A stretch of 64,000 nt of DNA from Octopus sinensis (GCF_006345805.1 NC_043006.1:80228001-80292000), one strand, 5' to 3'; positions 23,685-37,286 are shown, counted from the stretch's first letter. The notes: a model not told the origin generated them from the letters alone. Numbers and translations are program-made.

Positions 23685-25642
23685 CTATTCAAACGAAACT
23701 TTTGTTGGTATTTGTGTCGATAAAGTTTTCTGAGAAGTTGAAGATATCTCACTCGATTCTACGCGAAGCCATTTTGAAATATGACGAAATCTTTTAAACG
23801 TATTGCGGCAGACGATCTTTGTGAAGAGAAATGATAGACAAATAAATAATCCAATAAAAGAATTTAAAATACAAAATATTAGAGAGAATTCTTCGATTTT
23901 TGTAAAGGTATACAGGAATGCAAATGTCCATGTAAGTCCCATAATAAAAAACAGTTTTATACAAACAATGAAATCCAAATTGTTATGTTTTTTCAGATAT
24001 TTCGCAGAAAGTTTGCTAGCCATATATAGTCCTCTGATAGTGAGGATAAATGCTGTTATATTAAGACATAAAATGAGCATAACAGGGAATGCAAACAGCC
24101 ATAGCAGACTTTTACCATTTGTAATCCAGCAAATGCCAATTCCATATTCTGGAGAAAGTCCATGATTTCCAGGTGTGTACTCAAATATTAGCGATATTGT
24201 TACTATTACAAGTGGACAGATCCAAGCATATAAAGAATACAATACAAATCTCTTGGTACCTTTCCCTTTACTTCGAAGTAGTGTAAGTCCTGAGAAAGTG
24301 TACGAGGCATCGAATGATAAAACATTCATCCAGAAGAAACTCGCTAGAAAAGAATAATGTTTCACTATAGCTAAAGATTTACACAACACTGTAGATGCAG
24401 TGACTTGTGACGAGATAAGAAAGAGAAGCTCAGCTACAAACAATGCTGATAAAAGACTAATGAGTAATTTACCTGGTAAGGTACGGAGATCAGGTATACA
24501 GAGATAGACATAATAGTGATTGCTAGAGCTGGAATAGAAAATATAAGCCCTACTAAGGTGATATAAGATTCAGCTTCGGAATACTTTCGTAATACATTGA
24601 TAAGATTTTTTACGCAGATGATTATTGTACCATCGTCATCGAAGCCGAAATCTGATTGATTCAGCAAACGATGGGTATTATTTAAGTATAGAAGCCCATC
24701 ATTAGTGATGTGATATTCAGATTCATTTAATCTCGTTGCAGTACAATTTAGAGTAGAATTATAGGATACTTGTCGACATTGCTTTGTATTCATATCGTAG
24801 ACAGTATTTTTCACACAAGAATCCTTGATTGAAATTTCCTTTTGCATTTCTTTAGATTTGCCAGAGGCATCAAAAATGCCCGTTAGAGGTTCGTCTAAAT
24901 TCACCAAACGAGGATGAACATATATTGGTATGTCGCAATGGATATCGTAAATTTCAAAACCATTGCAAAGTGCACAGTAAATATTTCTAAAGTCCGTATA
25001 ATTTGCGGTAACAAGTCTCATACCATTGTTCTTGCATAGATTCTCCAATGTTTTATTGGGATTATTTAGCGTACACTCTGAAATATAAGGAGCGCATTTG
25101 TATAGATATTGGTTAATTTCGCGTGAAGAGACTTGCTTTTCTACTTCAACACTTTCGATACTAAAAGTCATATCCCCAGAGAAATATGGTTTAGAAACAT
25201 TCCACAAAATATATTCTTCTCCGTGACAGAGAGCACAATATAAGTTCCTATAGAGTTTTTTACTCGTTTTACCAAAAGCAGGTACATCATGTAGTTGTTG
25301 GTCTGAGTTAGGATTTTCGCAGTTGTTCACATGCTCCGTTACATCATAGTTATTTGGACAGCGGTGAAATTGATAATAAGTTTTACCATTAATATAGTTA
25401 CAGCTGTAATACATTGAGGGATAGGGAGGCTCGAGGTCAGAAGCTGTGTGATTAAGACGGTCGGAACAACATTCATCGTATAAATAGCAGTCTTGCTGAC
25501 ATGAACAACGGTCTGTCCTGGGACTTTCAGAACACAAAGCTGGTGGACAATTGAAGGGTTCAGTTGTGTTTATAGTTGATGTTTGAACTGTGTGGTTTAT
25601 CAGTAAGATGAACATTAGAAAGCTTGTGACAAATATTTCCAT
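23685..25642 (-). CDS. Class B SMB/Methuselah-like GPCR, copy 4; one 1-bp frameshift in TM1 in this sequence
   Basis: ORFs 24434-25663 and 23685-24443 join if one C is restored at ~24509 (agaccataat in copy 3 versus agacataat here). No stops. Confidence 0.78.
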
Positions 25643-25844
25643 TTTGTCTAGTGGAAATCCCAAAAAAAAAAAAAAAAAAGAAATTTCTGGTAATTATATC
25701 CTAGCTTGTCTTCGATAGATTAGTCCGTGAGAAATGCTGATAATCATAATTAAATTTCGCTTCCACTTTAGATTGACGTTGAGGACAATGCGGAATTTAT
25801 TGAAAACTGAAACTTTGAAGAATTGGAGTTGAAGTTTTGTATAC

Positions 25845-25865
25845 CTGGAGATAAAGAAAAAAAAT
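25845..25865 (-). promoter_or_regulatory. Conserved 3' splice acceptor upstream of GPCR copy 4
   Basis: Minus strand reads tttttttctttatctccag|gtatac. Confidence 0.65.
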
Positions 25866-26504
25866 GTATTCTGCTAGAGTATAATATTATATAAAGATAT
25901 GTTCTAAGTATTAATATGAATAGTGTAATGACTTGCTCCATGCGAATATCCTGAACATCAGGTATGTGTTTAAAGAGGTTTTTGATATATATCGATGTCA
26001 ATTTTCTTATTACATACTGCCATATTAACTATATTTCTAAAATGTTATCTGTTCAATAAATCTAAATCATTACTTATATGCCTAAAGAAGTATTGGTAAG
26101 AAATCCTCTTCAATATTAGGCTTTACTTTCATTGATATCTAGACTATAATAACTAAGCTTTATATTTAGGAATATATAACGCTGGGATACCAAACGGTAG
26201 AATTATTAGGGCAACAATCCGCCTATTGAAAGGTTTAAGGAGTTCTTTCTCATTACCTATATCGATATGCTTCTCGTTACCAATAGTAATATAAAGAAAA
26301 CCATTAATTTGAAGCTCGTTATCGTAGGCAGGGTTAACTCGCCACTATAACGGAGAAAACTATTAACTGTCGAGTATTTTGATGTATTATTTCTAAAAAA
26401 TATCTCTTAAAAATGACTGAAAATATCAGTAAAAAAGCATCACGTGTGTTACTCTTAAGTAATGATTATTAGACCATTTTATAAGGGTTATTAGACAATG
26501 TAGA

Positions 26505-26900
26505 ATACTTGGTTCCTATTTTCCACGAAGCTCTAGACTGGGAGATGCAAGTGAAACTGAAACAGGGACTCGCCTTTCCCGAAGACAGGGCACTAACACC
26601 GCTGCGGCCAGACATCTTGCAGTCCAGGACTGCACAACGAATACCCGTGACTGAACGTACAATGCCCAGGCAGATCAGATTTGATATTCCAAATGAAATG
26701 AATAAATTTTGGTTGATGAGGATCTTGTCAAAGATGGAAAGAGGCCTCATTGCCTATTGAAGTCAGCGGACACAGTTTTTGAGTAAGACCATCGGATCCA
26801 AACCATTGTTCCCGAATGAAGATAGGTTTGGAACCTAAACAACTCAAGAAAACACGAAGGACTAGCCATTGCATGTGAAACCAGTTTAACAGGCTGCGGA
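26505..26900 (+). mobile_element. RLE non-LTR retrotransposon relic (HERO-like endonuclease end)
   Basis: Reads WEMQVKLKQGLAFPEDRALTPLRPDILQSRTAQRIPVTERTMP and, in another frame, CQRWKEASLPIEVSGHSF. Confidence 0.5.
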
Positions 26901-27386
26901 TGTAACCTTTCGTTCGGTGAAATATACGTGCGTCCTCGGGGTTCCACTAATGCAAAGCGCAGGTTGAGTGGGGTTTATCTCCTTTAAATTTGTACATTCA
27001 TTTACACACACACACACACACACACATCCATCTATGCTTTGGATCCTTTAGAACTAATGTGTTGATATTAAGCGTCAGTTTACATAATTTTTAATATATT
27101 TAAGAAACCTAATTTCAGTCATGATGTGTAAACATATCATATGGCTTGAACCGGAAATCTGTCTGTGTGCCTGTCTGTCTTCCTCTCTCTTTCTCTATCA
27201 CGCTCTACAGAACGAACTCCAAAATAGCTCAATAAGTCTTAGCAATATTCGTCCAACAGAATAAGGAAGAAGCCTAGATTTATGTATAAAGAGTACTATT
27301 CTCTGATTCGCACTGCAGATTGGGATACGTATAAAATACAGGAGTCTTTACACAGCCGGCCTCCTCCTTTATAATATATTTATATC

Positions 27387-27471
<85 letters not shown>

Positions 27472-27512
27472 ATATATATATATATACATACACACACACA
27501 CACGCACACACT

Positions 27513-27563
<51 letters not shown>

Positions 27564-27600
27564 TATATATATATATATATATATTATATATATGTATATA

Positions 27601-27660
<60 letters not shown>

Positions 27661-27803
27661 TTATAAAATAAGGGCATATTTGGCATTACAGTTTTTCTTT
27701 TGCTCTTATTTTATAAGTAATTTATAAATTTAACCTTTAAAGGTATTTTTTGATATGCTGGCCATAGATAATTTTTTTTCGAAAAAAATTTATCCTACAT
27801 TAG

Positions 27804-27847
<44 letters not shown>

Positions 27848-27895
27848 TCTTTTACTTGTTTCAGTCATTTGACTGTGGCCATGCTGGAGCACCAC

Positions 27896-27961
<66 letters not shown>

Positions 27962-28517
27962 TAATATATATATATATAATATATATACATACATATATAT
28001 ACACATTATATATATATATACACATTATATATATTATATGTATATGTATGTGTCTGTGTCTGTTTGAGTTTCTGTATATTCACATAAACACACACACACA
28101 CACAAACACACACATCTTTGAAGGGAAACCGGGACCCAATATTCCTAGTCGAACGAAATTCTCTAGTTGTTATCAAAAGATGTATATGCTGTTCTCTTCA
28201 TGTGCTAGGTACAATTTGTAAATTCGAGGATGACCTCCAATCCAGTTTAGGGTATTATATTAATCGTAATGAAAAAGATATATATATGTACACACATACA
28301 CAAACACACACACACACACATGGTGCTTTATCATGAGAGAATATTTTCTCTACGGTATCTGCCTTTAGAAGTTGAAGTATGTTACAAAGAAATCTTTCAA
28401 GTAACCTAGTTTGCAAGCACATACATATATGCATGCATACATACATACATACATACATGCATACATGCATACATACATACATACATACATGCATGCATAC
28501 ATACATACATGCGTGCA

Positions 28518-28551
<34 letters not shown>

Positions 28552-28589
28552 CATAAATACATACTCATATCTATCTATCTATGTATATG

Positions 28590-28900
28590 AGCTGGCATTC
28601 CGTCGCATACGACGACGAGGGTTTCAGTTGATCCGATCAAAGGGACAACCTGCTCATAAAACTTACGTGTAGGTGGCTGAGCACTCCGCAGACACGCGTA
28701 CGATCAACGCAGTTCGCGGGGAGATTCAATGTAACACAGATTGTGAGAAGACTGGTCCTCTAAAATACTGGTACTACTCATTTTTGCCAGCTGAGTGAAC
28801 TGTAGCAACATAAAATAAAGTGTCTTGCGTTTGGACACAAGGCGTCGCTTCGAATCGAACACGCAACCTTACGATCGTGATCAGAATACCCTAACCACAA
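28590..28900 (-). mobile_element. tRNA-derived SINE (Meta/V-like core)
   Basis: Minus strand reads GTGGTTAGGGTATTCTG..GTTCGATTC, then gcaagacactttattttatgttgctacagttcactcagctggcaaaaatgag. Confidence 0.55.
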
Positions 28901-29229
28901 AGCTATACACCTTCGTAGCGACCATGACTTTTCATGGGCATGGTACTATTCGACAATTTTTCTCCATATTGATCGGTTTATCGTTTGAGTTTGCCATTTA
29001 TTGTGATCGATTCCCTTCCAGTTCATATTCCTTTTTGCAGTATCTTTGAATCTTAGTCTAGATCCTCCATGGTTCCTTTTCCCTTTGCATAGCTGAGAGT
29101 AAAGGATTTGTCTCGGGACTCTATTGTTGTACGTGACTCAACCAAGGTGAGTTTCTATAAATGAAGTTTTCCTTTATAGGATGTAGGATCTCTACGTTCC
29201 TGAACTTGTCAAAGAGAGTAATATTCATA

Positions 29230-29880
29230 ATTCGTCGTATCTGCCTTATCATATATGCATGTAACTTGCAAACTTGAGCTTTATAGACTGTCCAGGTTAG
29301 AGCTCCATACAGCTAGGAAGAAAGCACTATAGCCTGGTATACCTTACATTTGTCATGTAAAGAAACATACCTATTTTTCCACAACCTTTATTTAACCTGC
29401 CAAATAAAGAAATGGTTCTGTTCATTCTGTATGTGATTTCCTGGTGCATTCGTGCAGTAGCTGAAATGTTGCTTAGGTATTTGAATGTTTTGCACAGGAC
29501 CAGCATTTCATGTCCAATAGAGATGTTTTCTTCTGTTACAAGAGCATTTAGGTTCTCCACGGGTTAGTAAAGTCATTCGGTATTTTTTATGTTAATTTCT
29601 AAGCTGAACTGTTATGAAACATTGGCAGTCATCTACTAGTTTGTGTATATCTTCAGTGTTGTAGGCAACAAGCGCACTATCATCAGCGAACTGCATCTCA
29701 GGCACTAGGACCCATGCAGTGTGCATCGTGACTTTATACTGTGCAGCATTGAACAGAATAGTATCATGCTGAGCGCCTGGATGTAGTTGCGACCCCTCTA
29801 ACTCATTCAAAAGCAACTTCCAACACTGCAGCGAGAAAGAGGGGAAACAGTGCTGGAACGTGTACGCATCCTTGTTTAAC
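29230..29880 (-). mobile_element. Degenerate RTE-clade LINE RT fragment
   Basis: Reads EMQFADDSALVAYNTEDIHKLVD, FKYLS.ISATARMHQEITYRM and SLFGRLNK. Confidence 0.7.
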
Positions 29881-29959
29881 GCCATTTAACACCACAAACT
29901 TGAGGTATTGCTATCTTTTATTACAGATGCCTGCATTCCTTCGTGCACACACACACATA

Positions 29960-29996
<37 letters not shown>

Positions 29997-30003
29997 CACA
30001 CAC

Positions 30004-30070
<67 letters not shown>

Positions 30071-30293
30071 GTTGAGTGAGAGGTTAAAATAACCGTCTAA
30101 GGGATAAAAGTACCCCAAATACTACCAGATCTTACCTATATTTGAACATGGGCAAAAATGTCATGCTCGTAAATTATAGGTTAGGACAAGGATAAAGAGG
30201 AGTTTATCAAGAGTCAAAGTTTAAAGAAAAAGAAATTGGAGAAGTCATTGATGGATAACAATGATTTGCTTCAATTATAAATAATAATTGGTA

Positions 30294-30459
30294 AGGAGTG
30301 GCTGTGTGGTAAGTAACTTGCTTACAAACCACATGGTTCCGGGTTCAGTCCCACTGCATGGCACCTTGGGCAAGTGTCTTCTACTACAGCCTCGGACTGA
30401 CAAAAGCCTTGTGAGTGGATTTGGCAGACGGAAACTGAAAGAAGCCCGTCGTATATATG

Positions 30460-30522
<63 letters not shown>

Positions 30523-30790
30523 TATATACGACGGGCTTCTTCAGCGTGTGTGTGTGTGTGTCTGTGTGTGTGTGTATTTTTGTGTGTTTGTGTTTGTCCC
30601 CCCACCAACATTGCTTGACAACTGATGCTGGTGTGTTTACGTCCCCGTAAATTAGCGGTTCGGCAAAAGAGACTGCTAGAATATGTACTAGGCTTACAAA
30701 TAATATGTCCTGGGGGCGATTTGTTCGACTAAAGGTGGTGCTCTAGCATAGCCACCGTCAAATGACTGAAGCAAGTAAAAGAGTAAAAAG
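30294..30790 (+). mobile_element. tRNA/CORE-like SINE with internal microsatellite and conserved tail
   Basis: Head GGAGTGGCTGTGTGGTAAG..GGTTCCGGGTTCAGTCCC..CCTTGGGCAAG, then (TA)n/(GT)n, then a tail shared with the copies at 32009-32320 and 46880-47230. Confidence 0.8.
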
Positions 30791-30874
30791 AGAGTAAAAG
30801 GTAAATAATAATTGATGTAAATCAATTGTTGTTCATCAAGGTTATCTTTGTTTTCTTTAAATTTTATGTATATG

Positions 30875-30919
<45 letters not shown>

Positions 30920-31007
30920 GTATATATAAGTATATATATATGTATGTATATATATATATATATGTATGTATATATATATATATTATAAACACTATACATA
31001 CATACAT

Positions 31008-31091
<84 letters not shown>

Positions 31092-31163
31092 ATAGAACAT
31101 ATTTTCCTTTGTAAATATTTATGAAAGGAAAACACGACACACACATATGTATGGATATGTATG

Positions 31164-31224
<61 letters not shown>

Positions 31225-31788
31225 TATATATATCAAGGTTGAACAGAAAGACTACATCCAGGAGGAAATTTAAACGAAAGCAGAGCAGACGATTACTATG
31301 CGAACAGGAAATTAGACAACGACACAACACAGAATATTCGCAGCTGAGGTTTCCTCTTTAGTCAAAGACGCAAAATATCATAGCAGTTTCACGCCAATTA
31401 CCATTGATGTGTGTGTGTATGTGTGCATGTATGTATGTATGTATTTAAGTCTGTATGTACGTAAGTATTCTCACTCACACACGTACACTCATATATTTAT
31501 ATATAGACATACATACATAAAATGTATCTACGTATCACTTTAGGTATTTGTCCTGAATAATAAATCAATGATTTTCATTGGATATTTAATTTTAAACACC
31601 AGCGATCCAATTGTTTTATGCAAATTCGATCTTACCTAGATCAAGGAAGTGCAGAATAATGAGAATGCACGGCTAGGCTACAATAGATGCGCATCTGTAT
31701 GCATGTGTGCCTGAATCTGCTAGTGTATGCATGATTGTGTGTAGGTATACATACATACATGTAATACACACACACACAGACACACACA

Positions 31789-31854
<66 letters not shown>

Positions 31855-32008
31855 CAAACGCACACATACATGTATATGTATGTATGTATATATATATGTA
31901 CATATGTGTGTGTGCGTATGTGTGCGAGTGAGTGTGTGTGTGTGTGTGTGTGTGAATATTTTATATAAACACATATACACACATATATATATAATATTAT
32001 GCATATAT

Positions 32009-32320
32009 AGGCGCAGGAGTAGCTGTGTTGTAAGTAGCTTGTTTACCAACCACATGGTTCCGGGTTCAGTACCACTGCGTGGCACCTTGGGCAAGTGTTT
32101 TCTACTATAGCCTCGGGCCGACTAAAGCCTTGTGAGTGGATTTGGTAGACGGAAACTGAAAGAAGCCCGTTGTATATATGTATATATATATATGTGTGTG
32201 CATGATTGTGTGTCTGTGTTTGTCCCCCTAGCATTGCTTGACAACTGATGCTGGTGTGTTTATGCCCCCGTTACTTAGCGGTTCGGCAAATAGACCGATA
32301 GAACAAGTAAAAGAGAAAAG
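32009..32320 (+). mobile_element. Same SINE family as 30294-30790
   Basis: Near-identical head and partial tail, followed by a long (TA)n at 32323-32450. Confidence 0.8.
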
Positions 32321-32321
32321 A

Positions 32322-32451
<130 letters not shown>

Positions 32452-33247
32452 GACTAGAGAGTAATATAAAAGCATTACACGAAGGATATAACTAATTAAG
32501 ATTATTTATGAATATAAAAATGGCCAAACATGCTATCATTATGAAGAAGAAAAGCGTTTATAATTACGAACAAGTCACAATCGAAAATGTTAAAAATAGC
32601 AGCCAAAACCGCTATAAAGCCATTAGGAATCTCATATCATTTCTACTCACTATGAACATTGTCCTCGGGCGACATGGCAAATAGAATACACAACTTGAAA
32701 ATAATTGGTTTATTCCCTATTGCAATTTCCGCATTAGGGGCCATTTAAAGGACACATTCGCCTCGTCAGGGGAAATATTCCTATAGATAGAATGAATCCC
32801 GACCGGCAATAGAAATGTTTCCATCTTTATCCATGCCACGTAAGAAGGCCAATAACGTCGACCCACGGCAAAATCACCAGATATGAGTTAGTAAAATATA
32901 AATAAATAGAGAGTAAAGTAAAAACATTACGAAGGATATGTTATAAATATTTAAGATTATTTATGAATATATCAAGGACCATGTTATGCTATCATAAAAC
33001 GATATATATATCGATTTTGGATTTGGTTTGCAAAAGTCTTTATGTGAGTTCGTGTGTTGAAGTATATTCTGTTGTGTCTGAGGAGAGTCATTCTCTTTTT
33101 GTCCCTTCTTATTTAATACACTCACTGTATCAGTTTTCTAGTAGAAAAAGTAAAGAAGTAAATGAGTGGAAACGTGTGTTAAGGCAGAAAAAGAGAATGA
33201 GTCTCTCCAGACAAAACAATAAATATGATATACATATAATATATATG

Positions 33248-33287
<40 letters not shown>

Positions 33288-33404
33288 TATATAATATATA
33301 ATAATATATATATATAATATATAGATATATATATATATAATATAAATAATATATATATGATTATATGCATACGTATATGTACATACATCTATACGTATAT
33401 ATAC

Positions 33405-33452
<48 letters not shown>

Positions 33453-33543
33453 AATAATATATATATGAGTATATGCATACGTATATGTACATACATCTAT
33501 ACGTATACACACACACACACACACACACCACACACACACACAC

Positions 33544-33629
<86 letters not shown>

Positions 33630-34241
33630 CATTTGTGGGCACAAGACTTCACGAAACGTGTACAACAAAATGTTCGAAGCACAAGTACATGGAACATGAA
33701 CTAGTCTTCCGAACAACGAAAAACACAAATTGAAAACAAAACAAATATAAAGAACGAACCTTCATCAGTTGTTGGCTGTTTTTCTAGGCTCGTATTTCGA
33801 GCATTTAACAACAATATACACTTTCGATAAAATAGTTGCTCCCGCAAAGCAAATTAAATAAAATTTGGGATTTTGCGGAGGGTCAAAATAGGTAACATAA
33901 ACAGGACAGTGAAAACAAACAGGAAGAACTGCTAAGCCTAAACGAAGTTGTGGTAGCGAACGCGTAAATCAAGCTAGGACAGGAGACCAACAAGAACATG
34001 CCTTCCTTGTTCCAGCTAAAACGGAGAGAAAGAAAGATAGTAGACGGTCACGTGGGAGCCACGTGAGCAAGGGAGGAGGAGTAATGGAAAGAGAGTGATA
34101 GTGTAATAGAATAGAATAGTGGGAGAAGAGGAGGTAAAAGAATAAGAGAGAGAAAAAGAGAGAAAAACGAAAGAGTAAAAAGATCGTATAGAGTACGCAT
34201 AATAATTAAGATAAAATTTACTTGGAAGAGGAGGCGTGGCC

Positions 34242-34337
<96 letters not shown>

Positions 34338-34709
34338 AAAGAGAGAGAGAGAGAGGGAGAGAGAAAAGAGGAGGTCGCCAGAATTTTGGAAAAAAGATTC
34401 TTTATTTAGTCATTATTATTAGATAGATAGATAGACAGACAGACAGATAGACGGGCAGAAAGAGAGGTAGAGAGAAGGGAAGGGAGGGACCCCCTTCAAT
34501 TTTGACTTCCATTCATTCATTTATCTATTTAGTCATTTACCATTCTACTGAAATGAGTTCAAAGATGGTGACCTCTCCAAGAAGTCAGTTCTAAGATGAA
34601 GTGCGGTCATCGCTTAGAGTATTTTTGTTTGTTTCACTTTTCTTTCGTATTTTCCTTTTTTTCTTTCTTAAGGTGCCAGAGGGAAGAAAAAAGATTCTAT
34701 GAAAATTTA

Positions 34710-34775
<66 letters not shown>

Positions 34776-34921
34776 TATATATATATGGGTTGTGTGTGCG
34801 TGCGTATGTGTGCCTATGAGTTCATGCGTTTGCAAATATATTTATATCTATAGTGTGTAATTTCGATGTTTTGCATTGAAAAATAAAGTCAGGTTTATTA
34901 CTTAGATTTACGTATATAATG

Positions 34922-34998
<77 letters not shown>

Positions 34999-35010
34999 AA
35001 AGAAGAAGAA

Positions 35011-35867
35011 GAACCATGATAAAACGATGGCAAGAAAAGCCCCTTCATGGTAAATACTGGACTAAACTAAATGCAAAAGAAATAGACAAAGAAAAATCCC
35101 AGCAATGCTTGAGAAGCTCAGGACTCAAAGCAGAGACAGAGGGATTTTTAATTGCAGCACAAGACCAAAGCCTCCCCACCAGAAATTATCAAAAACATGT
35201 AATGAAAAGAAATATAACAAGTAACTGCAGAATATGTGGAGATGGACAAGAAACAATAAATCATATTATCTCTGGCTGCCCAGTCCTGGCTAAGAAGGAT
35301 TATATTCACAGACATGACAGAGTTGGAACCTACTATGGAATAACAACAGAAAAAAGACGGTATAGGCACACACCAGAAAAAGTCACAGAAAACGAGAAAG
35401 CAACCATACTCTGGGATATGCCGATACACACAGACAGAGAAATTAAGGCCAACAGACCAGATATAGTTGTCAGAGATCATGAAGAAAAAAATGCTTTCTA
35501 ATTGATGTATCAATACCGGCAGATGACAACGTGTCTCTAAAAGAAATGGAGAAACTCTCAAAATACAAAGACCTGGAAATAGAGGTAACCAGAATGTGGA
35601 TTCTAAAAACAGAAACAATCCCTATCATAGTAGGTGCATTAGGCATGATAAAAAAATATTCAGACAAATACATAACAAAAACACCAGGACTTACAAACAC
35701 ATATAACATACAGAAAATCACACTACTAGGCACTGCACACATCCTACGCAGAACACTTTCCATACAATAACAATCAGAGCATCACAACAAATCACAGCAC
35801 ATACCCAAGGCACACAGAGCTGCGCTCGGTAGTGAAGTGAAAGCACGCTATAAAAATAAAACTACTG
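35011..35867 (+). mobile_element. R4/Dong-type RLE LINE, family A, 5'-truncated (A1)
   Basis: Reads ETEGFLIAAQDQ, CRICG..ETINHIISGC, RHD, RPDIV, KYKDLEIE and ILRRTLSIQ*. The 3' UTR ends in (AAT)n and the element is preceded by (TAA)n(GAA)n. Confidence 0.9.
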
Positions 35868-35890
35868 AATAATAATAATGATAATTTAAA

Positions 35891-37212
35891 AAAATGAAAA
35901 AAAATGGTTAACAATGCACATAACGCACCATCCTAAGGCAGATATAGAACGACTTTACCCGCCAAGGAAAGAGGGTGGCCGTTGATCTTTACAACTTGAA
36001 TTAACAATGAAGATTGCCACAATAGGCCTAGACACCTATCTGAAAAACTCTGATGACTGAATGTTAAAACTTGTCTCAAAGCCTGAAAACAAGAAAACAT
36101 CACACTCAGTAACAAAGCAGGCAAACGAATATCTAAATGAATTCCAAATACAACAAATTCCAGAATTAGATGTACAGGAAACAAGCACAGAAAAAGCTAA
36201 GCGTATGAAAACCCGTTCTAAAACTGCTGCCTTAGATATTCTTACTGATGAATGGCAAAAAGAAAACAACCTCTCAGTGGCAAATACCCAAAGAGAACTA
36301 ATAATACCGATCTTGACAAAGCCCTTACCCATTAATGAATGGTTAGTGTCTTCTGGTTTAAAATCAGAAACAGTAGGGTTTATCATAGCAGCCCAGGATC
36401 AATGCCTACCAACAAGAAACTACCAGGTCAACATATTAAAGAACGGCAGATGACCAACATGTCATGTATGTCAACAACAAAATGAAACCATCGATCACGT
36501 TGTCTCCATGTGCAGTCATCTTTCGCCTACAGAGTATCTCAACAGGTATAATTGAGAAGCACAATATATTCACTGGGTAATTTGAAAAACCTGGACCTGC
36601 CCCATAATAAAAACTGGTGGGAATACAAACCACCTCCAATGCTTGAAAATGGTCACATCTCACTCCTCTGGAACTTCACCATTCAAACTAACAGAAAGAT
36701 AAATGCGAATAGGCCAGACATTATATTGAAAGACCTCAGACAAAAATCCTGCTTCCACATTGATTGACTCCCAATCGACATGAATGTATCTGCCAAGACC
36801 TCCCAAAAACTGAGCAAGTATAAAGATCTTGAAATAGAAATTGGCTAAAGGTGGAACCTCAAGACTAAAGTAATACCTGTTGTCATAGGTGTCCTAGGAA
36901 TGATAGCAAAAAGTTCTGATTCTTACCTAGCTCAGATATCAGGAAACCCCAAAATGGCAGAAATTCAAAAGATAGTGCTCATGGGAACTGCCCATATCCT
37001 ACGTAAAAATACTGTCTATGTAATCTCAAATTTTAAAATAAAGTTATAATTTTCTCATATTTTCTTAAACATTCTTTAGAACAATACTATGTACAAAACC
37101 AAATATATGACACCCTAGGCATAACACCAACATGAACTTCTAACTTGTCTTTTGAGGTCTCTGGGTGATACTTGGAGTCAATTTGTACAAATGCAATGCA
37201 AAATTCAAACAT
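35891..37212 (+). mobile_element. R4/Dong-type LINE, family B (older, diverged), 5'-truncated (B1)
   Basis: Homologous to 58430-59828 with several stops; followed by (TAA)n. Confidence 0.85.
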
Positions 37213-37221
37213 ATAATGATG

Positions 37222-37286
<65 letters not shown>

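Noticed and set aside
30294-30360. tRNA genes at SINE heads
   Set aside because: Only A/B-box-like motifs are present; there is no complete cloverleaf, and each continues into a SINE body.
33740-33810. Minus-strand CTGATGAAGG near a GCTCG-aaata-CGAGC hairpin as a hammerhead
   Set aside because: No stem II plus GAAA in the required position, and no stem I or III pairing.
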